From contig NC_086108.1 of NCBI RefSeq assembly GCF_963921235.1, forward strand, positions 114,578,001 through 114,642,000: a stretch of 64,000 bases of DNA. Reading direction: 5' to 3'. Made by a program: the position numbers and the translations under genes. Below the pieces are notes generated by a model that made no database searches, was not told where the DNA came from, and worked only from the letters and a program-made list of their open reading frames with translations. Source of the DNA: Mobula hypostoma (lineage: Eukaryota). This document shows, one piece after another, positions 59,576 through 64,000 of this stretch. Positions within the stretch are counted from its first letter, which is position 1. Every line of letters begins with the position of its first letter.

Positions 59576-61480
59576 AAATTAAAGTTTTTCCTTTTCCTAG
59601 ATGAGTTGCTGATCATGGCTGATGACCTCCATCTGCCCGAAGTGACTGGTTTTAGGGTGCCAGTAACCTAACTTTGCCCCATCTCTATCAGTAAAAATTA
59701 GTTCTGCCAGGCTTAGTAGCTAACCCACTCATGAAGGCCAAGAGCTGGACTTGTTTGTTGGAGGGTATTTGAGACACACGCCACTAGGAGTATTTAATAG
59801 GCAGTGGGAGCTTATCCCCATAATTCCTCCCCGGCTATGACAACTTTAAGGAACCGCTGAAAACAAAGTAAACACACTAAGGGAGAAATCCCAAGTAGTG
59901 CGGCTATGGGAATTTGGGGAGGCAGGGGAGAGCCTGATGGGTTGGGGAAGATGCTTAATCAGACCTCGGATTCCTCCCCGGCGTGTTGACCCTAGAACAT
60001 AGCTGATTCAGGATCAGATCTCATTCTCTTCACTGTGGCAGCCAGGAATGCTCTACAACAGCAGCCAAAATTGCCCTACAGCCTACCCACCATCAAGGAC
60101 ATATATACAGAAAGGTGTCAGAAAAGTGCCAGTAACATCATGAAGGATCCTACCCAGCCTGTCATGAACTGTTTGTCCCACTACCATCAGGGAGGAGACT
60201 ACGTAGCATCCACGCCAGGGCCACCAGATTCAAAAACAGTTACTTTCCTCAAGCAGCAAGGCTGATCAAAACCTCCACCCACTAACCCACCCCTCCACAC
60301 CCCCCCAATCACCACTACTTTATCATTTCCTGTCAGTCAGACACTCCTGTGCCTAGCATCATGTTATGGACCTAGAATCAATCTATGTAGGTAAGCTATC
60401 TTTGTGCTTATATTTATTCTAATTTTTATTATTATTGTGTTCTATATCTATGATTCGTCCTGCCAAAGGATCTCAGCCGGAAATGTCCACTGTACTCTTT
60501 TCCATAGATGCTGCCTGACCTGCTGAATTCCTCCAGCATTTTGTGCTTTTTTTCTGTATCGGAACTGGAGTAACAATTATTTCATTCTCCTTTACACGTG
60601 TATACTGGGAATGACATTAAACAATCTTACTGCAACACACATCATCAAGTTGCTGGTGAACGCAGCAGGCCAGGCAACAACTTTGATATGTGTTGCTTGA
60701 ATTTCCAGCATCTGCAGAATTCCTCATGTTTGCGTTTTCAAACAATCTTACTGTCTGGGTTGCTACAGAGTGACCGAAGGAATCACTGTGTCTGAGCTCA
60801 GTACATCAGGACACAGATATACTCAGTGAGGAAATCCACTGGGTATTGTTACCTGATGTGATCAGAGAGAGGTCCTCAATATTTTGTAACAGGACAGGGA
60901 CATGGTGGAAATAAATCTTCCCTCTCAGAAGGCTGCTTGAAGCCATCCTCCCACCCTGCACCCCCCCCCCCAAATGGCAGCAGAGTGGTTAATGTAATTA
61001 CAGCTCGGGGTATTGGGAGTTCAGAGCTCAATTCTGACATCATCTGTCAAGAGTCTGTATTGTTCCGTTCCTCCTATGGAATGCATGGGTTTCCTTCCAC
61101 AATCAAAGAATTAGTCATTGTAAATTGTCCTTTAAGTAAGTTAAGGTTAAATTGGAAGGCTTGGCTCAAACAGCCAGAAGGGCCTATTCTGCATTGTATC
61201 TGAATAAATTAATACTGTATATGAGGTAGTCATGAACGTACCCGAGGGAGTGTAGAGCATGTGCATGGACAGGGGTGAGTGTGGCACTGGTTCAGGACAC
61301 AGAGAGGAAGGAGACTAGCTGGGGGAGAATCAGCTAATCTTCAGAGTGGGAGGGAAGGTGACCAGCTGACATGATGGGACCTTTCACAATGTGAAAGGGT
61401 GACGATAAGGGAAGCAGCCAGCATCCAGTGTGGAAGGGGAGGTGACCTGGTGGGGCATTGGGTGTGTTGTGTGTTTAATA

Positions 61481-63060
61481 CAGTGCCTTTATAAAGAATT
61501 CACCCCCCCCCCCTTGGAAGTTTCATGTTTTATTGTTTTACAACATTGAATCACAGTGGACTTAACTTGGCCTTTTTGAACAGATCAACATAAAAAGACT
61601 TGTGTCAAAGTGAAAACAGATCTCTACAAATTGATCTAAATTAATAACAAATATAAAGCACAAAATAAGTATTGTACTCTTCACATCAGTATTTAGTAGA
61701 TGCACCTCTGGCAGCAATTACAGCCTTGAATCTGTGTGGATAGGTTTCTAAAAACGCAAACACGAGGAAATCTGCAGATGCTGGAATTTCAAGCAACACA
61801 CATAAAAGTTGCTGGTGAACGCAGCAGGCCAGGCAGCATCTATTGGAAGAGGTACAGTCAATGTTTCAGACCGAGGCCCTTCATCAGGACTTTAAGTTAG
61901 TCCTGATGAAGGGTTTCGACCCGAAATGTCGACTGTACCTCTTCCAATAGATGCTGCCTGGCCTGCTGCGTTCACCAGCAACTTTTATGTGTGTTGCTGG
62001 ATAGGTTTCTATCAGCTTTGCACATCTGCACACTGCAATATTTCCCCTTTCTTCTTTACGAAACTGCTCAAGCTCTGTCAGATTGCATAGGATTGTAAGC
62101 AAACAGCCCTTTTCAAGTCCAGCCACAAATTCTCAATTGGATTGAGGTTTGGACTCTGACTTGGCCCCTCCAGGACATCAACTTTGTTGTGTTAAGCCAT
62201 TGCTGTGTAGCTCTGGCTTTATGGTTGGGGTTATTGTCTTACTGGAAAACAAATCTTCTCCCAAGTTGCAGTTCCCTTGCAGATTGCATCAGGTTTTCCT
62301 CCAGGATTTCCCCGTATTTTTCTGCATTCATTTTACCCTCTACCATCACAAGCCTTCCAGGGCCTATTGCAGTGAAGCATCCCCACAGCATGATGCAGCT
62401 ACTACCATGCTTCACAGTAGGGATGGGTTTTTGATGATGTGTGGTGGTAGCGTTTAGTCCGATGGCCAAAAAGCTCAATTTTGGCTTCATCGGACCATAG
62501 AACCTTCTTCCAGCTGACTACAGAGTCTCCCACATGCCTTCAACAAAGTCTAGATGAGATTTCATGAGTGGCTTTCTCTTGCCACTCACCTATAAAGCTG
62601 TGATTGGTGAAGCCCCCAGGCAACAGTTATTATATGTGCAGTGTCTCCCATCTGAGCTTGTAACTCCTTCGGAATTGTCACAGGTCTCTTGGTGGCCTCC
62701 CTCACTAGTCTCCCTCTTGTACGATCACTCAGCTTTTGAGGACGGCCTCTAGGCAGATTTACAGCTGTGCCATATTCTTTCCATTTCTTGATGATTGATT
62801 TAACTGTACTCCAAGGAATATCTAGTAACTTGGAAATTTCCTTGTATCCATCTCCTGACTTGTGCTTTTCAATAACCTTTTCACGGAGTTGCTTGGAGTG
62901 TTCTTTTGTCTTCATGGTGTAGTTTTTGCCAGGATACTGACTCACCAGCAGATGGACCTTTCCGATGCAGGTGTATTTTTACTACAATCAATTGAAACAC
63001 CTTGACTGAACACAAGTCTCCAAAAACAGATCTCCATTTAACTAATTATGTGACTTCTAA
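61481..63060 (-). mobile_element. Tc1-family DNA transposon with a decayed transposase
   Basis: TA|cagtgcc end; MKTKEHS..GYKEISK..GRPQKLS paired-like DNA-binding domain; PTVKHG..MLWGCF, FQ*DN, PSQSPNLNPIEN motifs with stops and frameshifts; cut at 63061 by CR1. Confidence 0.9.
61751..61998. mobile_element. Miniature Penelope fold-back with two opposed hammerhead-like motifs, inserted in the Tc1
   Basis: ~100-bp inverted arms; TSD (t)ggataggtttcta at 61737-61750 and 61998-62011. Confidence 0.88.
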
Positions 63061-64000
63061 AACATAGAAACATAGAAAATAGGTGCAGGAGTAGGCCATT
63101 CAGTATGATCATGGCTGATCATCCAACCCAGAACCCTGTACCAGCCTTCCCTCCATACCCCCTGATCCCTTTAGCCACAAGGACCATATCTAACTCCCTC
63201 TTAAATATAGCCAATGAACGGGCCTCAACTGTTTCTTGTGGCAGCGAATTCCACAGATTCACCACTCTCTGTGTGAAGAAGTTTTTCCTCATCTTGGTCC
63301 TAAAAGGCTTCCCCTTTATCCTCAAACTGTGACCCCTTGTTCTGGACTTCCCCAACATCGAGAACAATCTTCCTGCATCTAGCCTGTCCAATCCCTTTGG
63401 AATTTTATACATTTCAATAAGATCCCCCCTCAATCTTCTAAATTCCAGAGAGTATACGCCTAGTCGATCCAGTCTTTCATCATATGAAAGTCCTGCCATC
63501 CCAGGAATCAATCTGGTGAACCTTCTTTGTACTCCCTCTATGGCAAGGATGTCTTTTCCTCAGATTAGGGGACCAAAACTGCACACAATACTCCAGGTGT
63601 GGTCTCACCAAGGCCTTGCACAACTGCAGTAGTACCTCCCTGCTCCTGTACTCAAATCCTCTTGCTATGAATGCCAGCATACCATTCGCCTTTTTCACCA
63701 CCTGCTGTACCTGCATGCCCACTTTCAATGACTGGTGTATAATGACACTCAGGTCTCGACGCACCTCCCCTTTTCCTAATCGGCCACCATTCAGATAATA
63801 ATCTGTTTTCCTGTTCTTGCCACCAAAGTGGATAACCTCACATTTATCCACATTAAATTGCATCTGCCATGAAATTGCCCACTCACCTAACCTATCCAAG
63901 TCACCCTGCATCCTCTTAGCATCCTCCCCACAGCTAACACTGCCACCCAGCTTCATGTCATCTGCAAACTTGGAGATGCTGCATTTAATTCCCTCATCTA
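63061..64000 (-). mobile_element. CR1 LINE 3' portion (runs off the window)
   Basis: catagaaa repeat tail; ORFs 63119-63511 and 63480-63956. Confidence 0.9.

Overview
Eukaryotic (vertebrate) genomic DNA, most likely a cartilaginous fish (ray/skate-like; inferred from repeat content and protein divergence, not proven). Two complete multi-exon genes lie head-to-head across a CpG/CCAAT/GC-box-rich promoter (~10963-11500): TYW3 (- strand, 6 coding exons, 10962->337, 248 aa) and CRYZ (zeta-crystallin/quinone oxidoreductase, + strand, 8 coding exons, 16808->52064, 332 aa), as in human. All exon boundaries were read by hand (GT-AG, phases consistent). Most other sequence is decayed transposons: CR1, Rex1/Babar, L2 and RTE LINEs, V-SINE-like SINEs, Tc1 and hAT elements, and many Penelope-like (RT + GIY-YIG) copies. 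Main structural finding: Penelope copies carry minimal hammerhead-ribozyme motifs and recur as fold-back insertions (3' end outward on both sides, ~55 bp to 3.6 kb) bracketed by 9-14 bp target-site duplications. Also notable: an RTE LINE flanked by a ~177-bp direct duplication and a minisatellite apparently born from a CR1 3' UTR. Repeat boundaries are approximate and family assignments are by eye.
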